DNA of 64,000 nt. Origin: Phoronis australis (Eukaryota; Animalia; Phoronida). The notes beneath the pieces were generated by a model. The model saw only the letters and a program-made list of their open reading frames with translations, was not told where the DNA came from and did no database searches. Of the stretch, positions 53,516 through 64,000 are shown piece after piece (the stretch's first letter is position 1; each line of letters opens with the position of its first letter). The stretch is taken from the NCBI GenBank assembly GCA_002633005.1, contig NMRA01000460.1, positions 115,653 to 179,652 of the forward strand, given 5' to 3'. The position numbers were made by a program, and so were the translations under genes.

Positions 53516-56500
53516 ATGCCGGACTCTTCTCCTTTAGGGGTAATCTTAGTATCGTCTGGAAGTAGAGGTGACAAGCTGTTGTTCAGATACCCCTTTGAAA
53601 GTGAAGAAAACGATGAACGACTTTTAAAACGTAAGTGAGACTGGCACAAGCACTATCAACTGGCAGTGCCACTGAGCACTGGTCGGATATAGCAGTCCCT
53701 GATTTTGAGAACCAGGCAATCACTGAATAATGCGCCCGTTACTCAGTGGATATACAACTGGCCACTGTGTATCGACTGACTGACGTAGCGGAGTGGAGAT
53801 GGCGAAGCTCCTATACGCTGAAAGCTTTTTGGCAGATTGTGCCTAACACTGATTAAAACATCCAAGGCAGTCACATTGCTATTAGTTAGTACATTGTGCG
53901 CGGAAAGGTACACCTTAGGAGGCCGTCGATGCCTTTAATTCCTTCCAACTCAATCAAATACTCCCGTAATCAACTTTTTTTTTCGAGCAGTCCTTCATTC
54001 TGTTGCCCAAATCAGCAAGTGTCTATTTTAAAACACTGCGCGCTACTGGCGCACATTGGCGTGGCAACTAAGGAACGCGTGCAGTGTAAGAATGGACAGT
54101 TGATGCTCAGATTTGGGAACTAAATGAAGGACTGCTCAAAAAAGGTTTGATGACGGGAGTATTTGTTTGAGTTGGAAGGAATTAAAGACATCCACTGCTT
54201 CCTAAGGTGTCCCTCTATGCGCAAAAGATATACTTATAGCAACATGACTTAGATGTTTCCATCAGTGTGAAGCATAATTTGCCAAAAAGCTTCCAGCGTA
54301 TGAAGCTCCTATAGATGTAGGCAATGACCATCGCCTCTGTTGGCCCGAACCAGAGGCGATGCAGAGGCTATAGGCGCTCCGTACGCCGGAAGCTTTTCAG
54401 CGAATTATGCCTCGCATCGACTAAACCATCAAAGTCACAACCTCCTAAGGTGTTCCTCTATGCGCAAAAGGTATTTATAACAACGTGACTTTGATGGTTT
54501 AGTCGGTGCGAGGCATAATTCGCCGAAAAGCTTCCGGCGTACAGAGCGCCTATAGCCTCTGCATCGCCTCTGGTTCGGGCCAACAGAGGCGATGGTCATT
54601 GCCTACTATAGATGGCACTATGTCTAATCAGTCGCCTGACAAATTAGGATATTCTCTTTATTAGTATACCGTTGAGCGGCTGATCATAGTGGCTTTGGAA
54701 TGACTGAACAAGGCCACTACTGAACGGCACTCGGCTGTCGACACTCTCTGTGTCGAGGATACTCGATACAAGTAGACAGTTGCGCCGTCTGAACTGGGAC
54801 AGCTCAGATGGCACAGACAGTGATCATCCCATAGGGCCACCATATGGTTGAAGCTTTTGACAAATGCGTCACACTAACTATACCGTCAAAGTCACGTTTC
54901 CAAAAGCTCCTTTTTCTTGGAGCATTACAGGGACACCTTAGCCTTAGGAGGCTGTTGATGTCTTTAATTACTTCCGTCTCGAACAAATTCTTTTGTAATT
55001 AAGATTTCTTTCCATAATGTCCCTTCATTTGTCAACAATGCCATTTTGTCCAGGTATGAGAGGTGCAACCTTGGCGACCAAGTTTCAAGCATTTGCAAAC
55101 TCTGGCAGTTCACCAATAATAAGTGTTAGTGATTGGCTTATTGCCAAGGTCATGGAGGTTGACCTCGATGTAGTTTTGAAAATTGACACGCAATCAAACA
55201 GAAGTGGCTCAGTTCCCAATTTTGGTAAGTGAAGCAACGACTGTTGGAAAGAAATGTTGATTACGGCAGTATTTGCCTCCAAATTGCCTCCAAATGTGTC
55301 CATCTACACTTGAAAGGTTAATATATATTAATTAAGCTTTGATAGTTTATCCATAATTTGCAAAAAAATTTCTGGCATACGGGATACGTTAGGGTGTGCT
55401 GTCACCTATGTCTGTGACAGAGTTGAGTATCCTTACCCTAATCAAACTCAGCCTCGACAGTGGCTTAGCTCAGCATTCAGTCAGGTCCCTCGTCTGTGCT
55501 TCCTGTTCTCGGTGTGACTGACTTTGATGAGAATGTCTAGTTTGACTCTAGTCTTTGGTTCATGACTGAGTGCATGAGCAAATGTGAAAAGAATATCAAT
55601 ACCTTTCATGTTAATCATTGCTGCACTATACTTTACCATTGGACTCTGATTTGAAAACATATGAAAAGATGCCCATCCCAGTCAGACCACAAATAGTATT
55701 ACCTATATGACACGTGTGCTTGTTTTGCCTGATTGTTTCACAAGCAAGGTTTTCACATAAATTTGTAATGTTATACCAATAATTGCTATGAAAAATTGTG
55801 GATTAGAAGCACCCTCTGTTCTTTTCATGTGATCTTCACTAATATTCACAGCCCCAAATTATAGAAGTCTGCTGTTAAATAAGGCCACTAATAATTGACA
55901 TCACACAAGTCTCTTTTAAATGTACCTGTGTGTCCCCCTGTATACCATGTTGTATGCAAACCATTTCCATTCAACTGTCTCTGTTAATAGGTACACTCAG
56001 CTGGTTCCAAAGCAAAAAGTCACATGACATTGTGTAGATGGTGACCTAACTTTCAGTGAGCATATGAATTGAAAATGATCATCCTAAGTCATTGTTAATA
56101 TCAGGAACGGTGTGCAAAATGATTCAAAGGGAGAAAGTGCACATATCACTGTTTGCTTCATTGGGCATTGCAACTACCAAGTTACGCATAACCTGTCAAA
56201 CAAATATGTACTGATGCGGGACTGCAGGTAAAAACCTTGTGGAGCATTACATCACCTAAATTTTGTATGGTGTGACTGGAGTGCCATCTATTGGTTTTAG
56301 TATTAGTCAGTTCTGAAATGGACTTGTTTTACAGCACTGCATATCACATTCATGAATCCAGTATCCCAAAAATGAGAAAATAGAAGAAAAGCAAATCTAA
56401 TTGAAAGGTTCTCAGATCCACGGACACGAGTGTGTCCTTTCATCATACCCAGTGCTAGTGTGCCATGTCTGCCAACATGTGAGTTTCATGTACAAGCTTG

Positions 56501-59500
56501 TGCTATTAGTACTTCCCATGAGCAAGTGAAAAGAGCCGCCACGTGCTCATATACAGAGTTGTCACCACCACCATCAATGCGATGCCTTGCCATTTCTTGT
56601 AATGCCATATACCATGGGAAAACTAGCAGCAATATTTGACGACTTTTCACACTAAACGCAATTGAGGATAATTAATGTAATTGGTTAAGTCGCAGTTCTA
56701 GATAGTGCGTATCGACTAGTAAGTGCTCGTAACTTGAGATAAGCTAATTAACATATCGTCAGATAGTGTTAGTGGGTGTTCTAATTTGACAACTGGTCGA
56801 CTGTTTGGGTTGTTTTTAGGTGTTTTTGATATGAAATTGGTGGTTTTAAGCTTTTTAAGGGTGCCTACAGCATAAACAAGTAGGAGTACTTCATGCAAAA
56901 CACTGTTGGAGTATTTTTGTTTTATGAAAAGTCGCCTGTGCTGAAAATTTAATGTTGCTGTTTTATGAGCTAAGTCAATTAAAATCAATGTAACTTAGTT
57001 ATTTTCAAGTTCTGTTTTGCCAACTGACCTACTTTTTGTTGATGGCTCATAATTGAAAAAGGACCTCAGTGGTCTGCACTGCTGTCTGCCAGGATAATAT
57101 GTTTCAGCCAATCAGATCACAGGCTCTTATTGGTGGAAACGAAAACAGACATGTGGATTTTTGGAGCTGACATTTTTGCCGATAGCAGATTTTTTAATTT
57201 GGGACTGTTTTTGGAGTCATGATGCATATCTGAAAAATGTTTTGATAAAAAATTGGGATTTATAACAGCTTATCATTCATCAAATCCGATATCTAATAAA
57301 GCAGCAAAAATGATTTTTGGAAGTTGAGGAGTAATTGCTAATTTGGGATAACGCCCGGTCAGAGTTACATTCTTGGCAGGCACTTCACGTCCAATAGTCA
57401 AAATTGACATGATTCTCAATGGATGATTTGTTAGTTACATAAAAGTGAGTTGATTGAATTAAACAAGTTGAGAGTGTTTGTGGTGGTGGTTTTCAATTTT
57501 ACCTGTATAAATTGGGGTGTAGGCCGATAACCAAATAGGGATATGTTAATATGAAATTGGGCTTTAGCTGAGATTTAATCCATACAACAATGGTAGGGCA
57601 TGAATGACAGGCTGGTTTGTAATGTGTGTCATTTTTAGAGGAACTACATGAACCTACTAGTGCCCCCTACAAAATCACAGTCCAATCTCAAGCTTGATGA
57701 CGAGTTCCCTACTTTTATTTGAGTCACATAATCTTTTGAATTTATTGTTTTTCGTCAGCCCGGGAGTTCTGCGCCTTCTGCTGTCACGGGGATGGTCTGG
57801 GGAGGGGATTAATGCACCAGCATATCCCCAATGATCCTGTCCGTGACAGGTATTACAGGTATATTACAGGTATTGAATTTATTGTTTTTCAGGAAACCAC
57901 CAATATAGAAATCCCTACGCTCTACGGATTGCTGAGGATTTAAAAAATTTCACGTAAGATCTTCCATTAAGACATGTGCTCTGTAATTGAAATTAATGGT
58001 ATGAATAAATTTCTTTATGCTTAATATTTTCACAGGCATTTTGTCTTATTGAAAATAACAGCTGTCAGCCAACTGTAAACTTGATGAAAGAGCGTTTCTT
58101 GATAGACTCACCTGATGGCACTGCATCTCTTGCCCTGTCGAGAAATTGTTTTCAGTAAGGGTGCCATTGTTGAGGCAAACTTGATTCAGTCAAAACGTAA
58201 TGTAACCATTTTGATTTGCTCACTGCCATGTACAGTATGTTATTGAGAGCAGGCAGTATGGCCTAGTGGGATAGGTGTCTGCTTTCTTTACTGGTACACA
58301 AGGTCATGTGTTCAAGTCCCACTGGGACACCCTGCTATACCCTTGAGTTAGGTCTATAAGCTCCTAAGCTCACTTTTAACTATATATTGATAAAACATAA
58401 ACATAGTCTCAGGTGATCAGTGCAATAGGCCCATCTGAGCAGCCTGCGAACATCTGGTACAACACGTACCAAAGCGCCTGCAGTGATTTTTCATTACAGT
58501 ATATTGTTATTGTGTTTTCTATTTTCAGAAGTGATGAAAATGCCACTGATGAAGATCCACTGGCAAGGTATCATTAATGTTTCATTTGGGCATCATGTTT
58601 TACTTGAATTTTTCTTATCGTTGGAAAACAATCATGAAACACACCTTTAACATGTAAAACTGTGTGTATGAATTTTTTGGTGTAATTCTGAAATTTAGGA
58701 GATGGGCAATAAATCAAACATAGGTATTCAAGAACAAATTTGAAAAGTCGAGGTGGGTGCTTATTCAAATGGCTGATTTAGGCTGGTATACAAGATGACA
58801 AAATTTTTCCTTTCTTTGTCATTAGTCATTCTAAGCCCTGAGAAATGAGCAGCTAATGGGTAAATATTAAAAGGATACCAAACCCAGTTTTGGCCTATTA
58901 ACAGATTCTAAAATCGACTTTCATATCTAGTTCTATGAAACAAAATAGTGCTTTGTAACCCTTGACAGCCCTCAAAAGTTTGGAGGAAAATTTGAAAACT
59001 CCTTTCAAATTCTGCTAAATGGGTAAGTGTAACCTCCACTTTTAGCAAATTACTCAGCAACTGTGGGAAAAGACCACCCACCAAGGATCATATTGTGCAA
59101 TCTGTGACACAGGGAGTATGATTTTTACTTGATTCTTGCCTTTAACTTGGAAGATTGACATCAGTGATGCATAAGCAGTTGACACAACAAGGATTGGTGA
59201 AAAACATCAAAACAGGGTTTAGTATCCTTTTAAATAAGTATTAATGAAACCATTTGAAATTGTTATAATTTATTAAAATCATTGATGCCTATTATATGTG
59301 GTTTCTAAGCGATACCTGATCCAATTTCAGTAGAAATGTTTTAGTCTGTTCAAACTGGATTTAGTGCTTGTTTAATTCTCTTCCTGTAGCTTTAGCGACA
59401 AGATCCTTGCTCACATATTAGCTGTAAAAGGGGATTTGTGCGACACAAAGTTCGAGTTGAAGATTGACAATGTCTTGTTTGTTGGCTTTCCGATGCGTAT

Positions 59501-62500
59501 ACAGACGACGTCCTCTGGCTTAACGTCTTTGACGTCAATGATTTCGATAAATGTTGTGTTCGCCTTAAAGGTTGGTAGTGTGTAAGTTAACTATGTATCT
59601 TCGTTGTAAAGGGTTAGGGTTCTTAAAATAAGTATGTATTAAAATTTCTATAAACCTGCCATTTATTACGATAGGCAACTTACTGTTATAGAACTGATCT
59701 CAAATTGTTCCAATAACGAAACAGACATGTATGTTTCCTGTGAAAATATTCATGGCTGTGGAAAATATAAAGATCTCTGTGAAAAATCATGATTTTTGAA
59801 AAAATGCACCATGTGGTTACGAACATCTCGGTATTGCTTTTGGGCAATATTAGTTTCATGTGTCTACCATCAATACTCAGTCATAGTTAATGTTATTAAA
59901 AATTCTATCCTTGGTAAAAAAGGGTAGCCAAGTGATATGGTTGTGTTCTATGTTATACTTCTATAGACAGATAAAAAGATTAATCACATTATTTTTTGCA
60001 TCATTGGTAATGGAAATGTAAGCTGCAAGAAAGGACTGCCAGGGAGTTGGGATTTCCAAAATTGCCCTGGTTGCAGGGCACATGTTTGAAAAATGTGGGC
60101 AAGATGCTTTAACTGTCATTAAAAGACCATTGAAATATTTCATGTTGATCAGTTGACAAAAGAGGTGTAGCCATATTCATCTGTAGCTTAACTGCTAACA
60201 AGGTGAGCCCTTGCTGATATTTGAAATACATGACCGAAGAGGGCACTGTAGTCGGCAATAAATGTTTAAGAAAGATTTCCACCACTTTACATTTATGTGG
60301 GTGCATATTGCTGTCATCTCTGTCTGGGCATTTGGCGTCGGGCATCCGCTGCTGTATCTCCTAAACCCCTTGGGACGGTTTTCAAATAGATGCGACTACA
60401 GCTATGCCCCCTAGTGACAGTTTTAGTTTTTATGCGCCCACATATTTATATGTGGACGCATTATGCCGTCATCTCTGTCCGTCCGTCCGTCCGGGCGGCG
60501 TCCGTCCGGCGTCTGGCGTCCGGCGTCCGCTGCTCTATCTCCAAAACCCTTTGACATACGTTCATGAAATTTGACACATATGTTCCATTCATGAATGGGA
60601 CGGCATGTGCGAACTTTCGGACGGATCCGACTACTGGTGTGCCCCCTAGTGGCAATCTTCAAAAGTTCTGAACGGATTTTCATGAAATTTGTGGCCATTT
60701 TTAGTGTTTTCGAGTCTGTTTTTGTGCGTCCACCCCTCTATCAACCAAACCGCTCAAAGGATGATTTTGAAAATTGGCATGTATATGCTTACTATGTAGA
60801 GGACGGTTGACGATGATTTTCCGACGATTTCGACTACTGTGGCACCTCCTCGTGGCAGTTTTGTTTTTTGCGCCTATGGCTGTATCTCCTAAACCGTTCA
60901 CAGGATCTTTACGAAATTGTGTAAGTATATTTATATGATGTTAACAACGGAAGATGACGACTTTTGGACGGATCCGACTACCGGTGTGCCCCCTGGTGGC
61001 AATTTTAGTTTTTTACGCTTACCTTTGTATCTTCAAAAGTCCTTAACTGATTTTCATGAAATTTGGTATGTAGGCACCTATTAGTGAGATGACGCTATCC
61101 TCCTGTTTTCAGATGGATTCGACATAGTTTGCGCCACCTAGTGGCCCATGGCTGTATCTCCCAAACCGTTTGCAGGATCTTTACTAAATTTAGCAAATGT
61201 ATTTATGTGATGTTGACAACGGACGATGACGACTTTAGGATGATTCTGACTACCGGTATTCCTCTAGTGGCAATTTTAGTATTTGCCTCTAGTGGCAATT
61301 TTAGTATTTTACATTGACCTCTTTATTTTCTTCAGGTGTGTACTTTGTGTTACTTCGTGGCTATGAAGGAAAAGTTCCAAGTAGAAATTTGTTTCTGGCA
61401 TTCTAATGCTGTGCTAATCTCGTTTGTTGGTAAATTTGTTTTTAATTCTATGTTTCTGTGGTGCTTTAAGCAACTGGTGTATAGGATGTGCTTGTATTAT
61501 GAAGATCACTCACATTTTGCCCCTAGCCTATTGAGGAGACAAGGACCATGCCTTTCCATTTTGCAAAGTACAACATACTACATATATGCCCTCTACTGGC
61601 CACTTTATGGTACCAATAAACAACCCTAGAAGGATACCGTATGCGGTGCAATTGTGGGCGCATTTCAACGCTCTGCGTTGCTCTTGTTTATATTTGCCTT
61701 TGCATATAGAGTTTGTAAATGGATTTTCATCAAATTTGACAAATAGGTTTCCACTAAAGATATGATTATGCTTTCCCGTTTTGGCCTATTTTTGAGTCAT
61801 TTTGCTCTACCTAGTGATCTTTTTTACTATTTCTTGGCATCCGGTTCTCTGTCTACCAAACCAGTTGAAGGATCGTCATGAAAATTGACTGATGTGTTCC
61901 AGAGGTGCACTGCTGAAGTTGCTTTTCAGATGGTCTGAATATTGTGGTGCCTCCTACTAGCACTTTTGTTGTTTTTTTTGGCTGTGCCTCAACATCTCAT
62001 GATGGTCCTTGATGTATCTTAATAAAATTTGGCAAATGTTGATTTTCAGACTTATCCAACAAAAATAGAGCCCCCTGGTGGCGCTTTTTTGTTTCTACCT
62101 CAAGTTCCTTGATGGACCTTCATGTTAGGTATTCATGTTAAGGAGAGCAAAGCTGATGTTGATTTTTGGACAAATATGACTACTGTAGCATCCTCTAGTG
62201 GCAACTTAGGTTTTCATTCCTTGTATCTTAATTTCTTCCAGTTTCTTGACAGATCTTCATGAAGTTTGACATGTAAACTTCCATGATAGAAGTACCAATA
62301 CCTGTGAATTTCAGACAGCTTTGTTGGTTTTTGCGCCTCCTAGCTGTCATTGTTTATTATTTTTGTCATGTGTCTCTTTCTTGATGTCCGAATCATCATA
62401 AATGTTGGAAAATGTTTTCCTATTGAGGAGGATATGACTGACATCTGTTTTCAGACTGTCCTATTGCACTGCCTGGTGAAAATTTTAGTGTTCTTTTCAT

Positions 62501-63752
62501 CTGTCTCATTATCTATCAAGTTTTTTGTTGAATCAAATTTGGCATATGTGTTCTGTTGAGGAAAGAATGGCTGGTGTTGATTTTTGGATGGAGCTTGGTG
62601 CACCCCGGTGACAAATTGTTATTGTGTCTCCCTTCATATCTACCAAGTTCTTAGTGGATCTTCAAGAAACTTGTCAGATGTTCTTACAGAGATTATATGT
62701 TGATTTTCGGATGGATTTATAAGTACCATGGAAATATTTTAAGAATGAATTTCTCTTATTTCTTCACGATTTCTGATGCACAGGGTTTTTTTGGGGGAGC
62801 TAAGTCACTTTGGGGAAATGGGTCCTAGTGTACTCTTTCAGAAGACCCCTTACACGTGTGATTTAAACCATGTTCATTCTCAGGTACATTGATTAGCTTT
62901 TTCTACTGCTGCAGGCATCAGTTGATAAGTCGGCCATAAGTTGTTACCAAGAACTGTCTCAGAGGCTTGCTATTGCCTTATGTCATGAGGAACAACGGTG
63001 CAGCTATCTTAGCCAACAAACTCGGCTGATGCTTCAACTGATTGAGGAGAACGCAGCCCTTCCAGAGGGTAAGCACAGTCTTATGAGTTTTTGATATACT
63101 GTATTTGCCCTAATAAGCGCCTATGCCTCTATAAGCGTCCCCACGAGTTTTCAGACTTTGCTAAAATAAGCGCCCAGTCCATGAACGCCGTGTACATGCG
63201 AAAAATGCCTTACCTACAATCTAAAATTCTACAGTAACCTCTTCAATTTATCAATAAAATCCGACATTCCTGAAAAAATCATTGTGCTCGGAATTTGTAG
63301 ACCACGAGCCTCGCCGCTATGTCGCTTTTTAGCTTTGACTATACACTTCAAACTTCCCTGTGCTACAAAAAGAATGCAAGTTTTGCTGATCTTGCGAGGG
63401 ACGTGTCCTTTTATGGTGTGGTCTTTCAGAACGGAAGCAGCATACTTCTCAAAGGGATTGTATGGTATCTTTCCAGTACAGATCTTCTCCCTCAGCGGGA
63501 ATCCTAATTTCTTTGTACACGTGAAAGTCGCTAATCGAAGACAAATAAAAACTTACTTTAGCTGAAATGTAGTGCATCATTTTTGATTTGATACAAAAAT
63601 TGTCTGCTTCATGCAAAATTTAAGTCTACTAACACATTGTTCAACTTGTCAAATTAGTTGTTATTTTTGTATGTAGACAGCATCGAGAATCCTTTCAAGT
63701 CTATGTTGCACAAGTATGCTTTGGCTCAAGACCTCAAGTGCACATTTGATTC
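53516..63752 (+). CDS. NPRL3: GATOR1 subunit NPRL3, 5' part; the gene continues past the window
   Basis: Exons: 53516-53630 ([27 protein letters not shown]), 57893-57953 (RNPYAL), 58529-58567, 59390-59570 ([34 protein letters not shown]...INVVFALK), 62915-63068 ([23 protein letters not shown]), 63677-63752 ([22 protein letters not shown]). All GT-AG with compatible phases, and they match the NPRL3 longin-region motifs. Confidence 0.94.
53803..54315. mobile_element. Older foldback element related to the adjacent MITE
   Basis: Imperfect inverted arms of about 230 bp (e.g. CTTTAATTCCTTCCAACTCAA / TTGAGTTGGAAGGAATTAAAG). It shares CCTAAGGTGT.CCTCTATGCGCAAAAG with the MITE interior. Confidence 0.78.
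54318..54605. mobile_element. Young foldback MITE with TIRs of about 120 bp and a 9-bp TSD (Mutator-like)
   Basis: Ends TAGGCAATGACCATCGCCTCTG...CAGAGGCGATGGTCATTGCCTA with near-perfect arms; TSD CTATAGATG at 54309-54317 and 54606-54614. The terminal 34 bp recur exactly at about 4394-4427. Confidence 0.88.
57754..57872 (+). mobile_element. Short retroposon 3' end with tandem tail and 18-bp TSD
   Basis: TSD TTGAATTTATTGTTTTTC at 57736-57753 and 57873-57890; stem CTGTCACGG/CCGTGACAG; tail of three ACAGGTA(TA)TT-type units. Confidence 0.8.
58246..58500 (+). mobile_element. tRNA-derived SINE; a second fragment lies at about 30750-30820 on the minus strand
   Basis: A box TGGCCTAGTGG and B box GTTCAAGTCC, then CCACTGGG.CAC.CTGCTA.ACCCTTGAGT.AGGTC, shared with the reverse complement of 30757-30800. 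Confidence 0.65.
60285..62800 (+). repeat. Older, degenerate copy of the same Helentron-type repeat, split by the younger copy
   Basis: 60290-60420 repeats the element head (TATGTGG.GCAT...GTCATCTCTGTC...TATCTCC). 61690-62750 continues diverged units of roughly 130 bp containing GATCTTCATGAAATTTG, TTTTCAGA and CCCCTAGTGG-like motifs. Confidence 0.7.
60426..61689 (+). mobile_element. Non-autonomous Helentron (HINE/DINE-1-like) element
   Basis: 5' subTIR ATGCGCCCACA (60432-60442) with an adjacent inverted copy (60451-60461); (GTCC)n microsatellite at about 60477; tandem core units; 3' subTIR TGTGGGCGCAT (61653-61663); terminal hairpin CAACGC-TCT-GCGTTG followed by CTCTTGTT; T-rich target. Confidence 0.85.
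63097..63180 (+). mobile_element. pogo/Tigger-like transposon end
   Basis: TA followed by CTGTATTTGCCCTAATAAGCGCC, with ATAAGCG repeated three times. No matching right end is visible. Confidence 0.55.
63229..63580 (-). pseudogene. HIRAN-like domain pseudo-ORF with one frameshift, inside an NPRL3 intron
   Basis: Frame 1 gives [22 protein letters not shown]; after a +1 shift near 63467 it continues [66 protein letters not shown]. This follows the GYHVY...GE.L...EP.N..D.YAVAV....GHVPR.IS...GLEIPC pattern. Confidence 0.75.
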
Positions 63753-64000
63753 GTAAGTACCCATCCAATATATGCACAGCACACACCAAAAGTATTCATA
63801 TAGCAAACTGACATGGAAATCCCCATCATGAGGACTGAGTGGAGGCCAAACTCATCATCAGATTATCTTTCCTCCTTGAACGAGAATAAAGATGACTTTA
63901 CAAAAGTGTTAGAAAGGTTGCTTAGTAATTCTCTAATTACATTTTTCCTGTTACAGAAGTCATTTTCATGCATAATTAACCATCGTGATGGTGAAACGGT

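Noticed and set aside
55010-55303. Minus-strand [22 protein letters not shown], hAT dimerisation-like
   Set aside because: Resemblance is weak and interrupted by stops; it cannot be supported without a profile search.
60500-62750. CRISPR-like regular repeats
   Set aside because: Eukaryotic intron; the units are degenerate tandem cores of a Helentron, with no unique spacers or cas genes.
63957-64000. Next NPRL3 exon after TTACAG
   Set aside because: The required phase hits a stop within six codons and there is no match to the expected LC..G.V.L.IN.W motif.

Overview
Eukaryotic, intron-rich, AT-rich genomic window from a metazoan; a marine spiralian/lophotrochozoan is my inference from protein style and repeat families. 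I rebuilt four spliced genes by hand, checking GT-AG boundaries and phases: ATP5PD (+, last four coding exons, 5139-8480), TMF1 (-, 21 coding exons, 31625-9810, about 1210 aa), Wnt8 (+, 6 coding exons, 42829-50613, 343 aa) and NPRL3 (+, 53516 to past the window end). An intron-containing tRNA-Ile(TAT) gene lies at 34404-34495. Introns and intergenic DNA hold many mobile elements: a young 5'-truncated L1/Tx1-type LINE with poly(A) and TSD, a Hero-type RLE LINE remnant, nested Helentron/HINE elements, several MITEs and SINEs, a THAP/Kolobok-like remnant and a pogo/Tigger-like end next to a HIRAN-like pseudo-ORF. The best leads are the HIRAN-like cargo, a co-oriented array of CTCF-like motifs carried by the Helentron repeats, two candidate cassette exons, and a retroposon whose TSD rebuilt an NPRL3 splice acceptor. 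Most short ORFs in the supplied track are noise. I see no firm evidence of a wholly new system; family names come from recalled motifs, not database searches.
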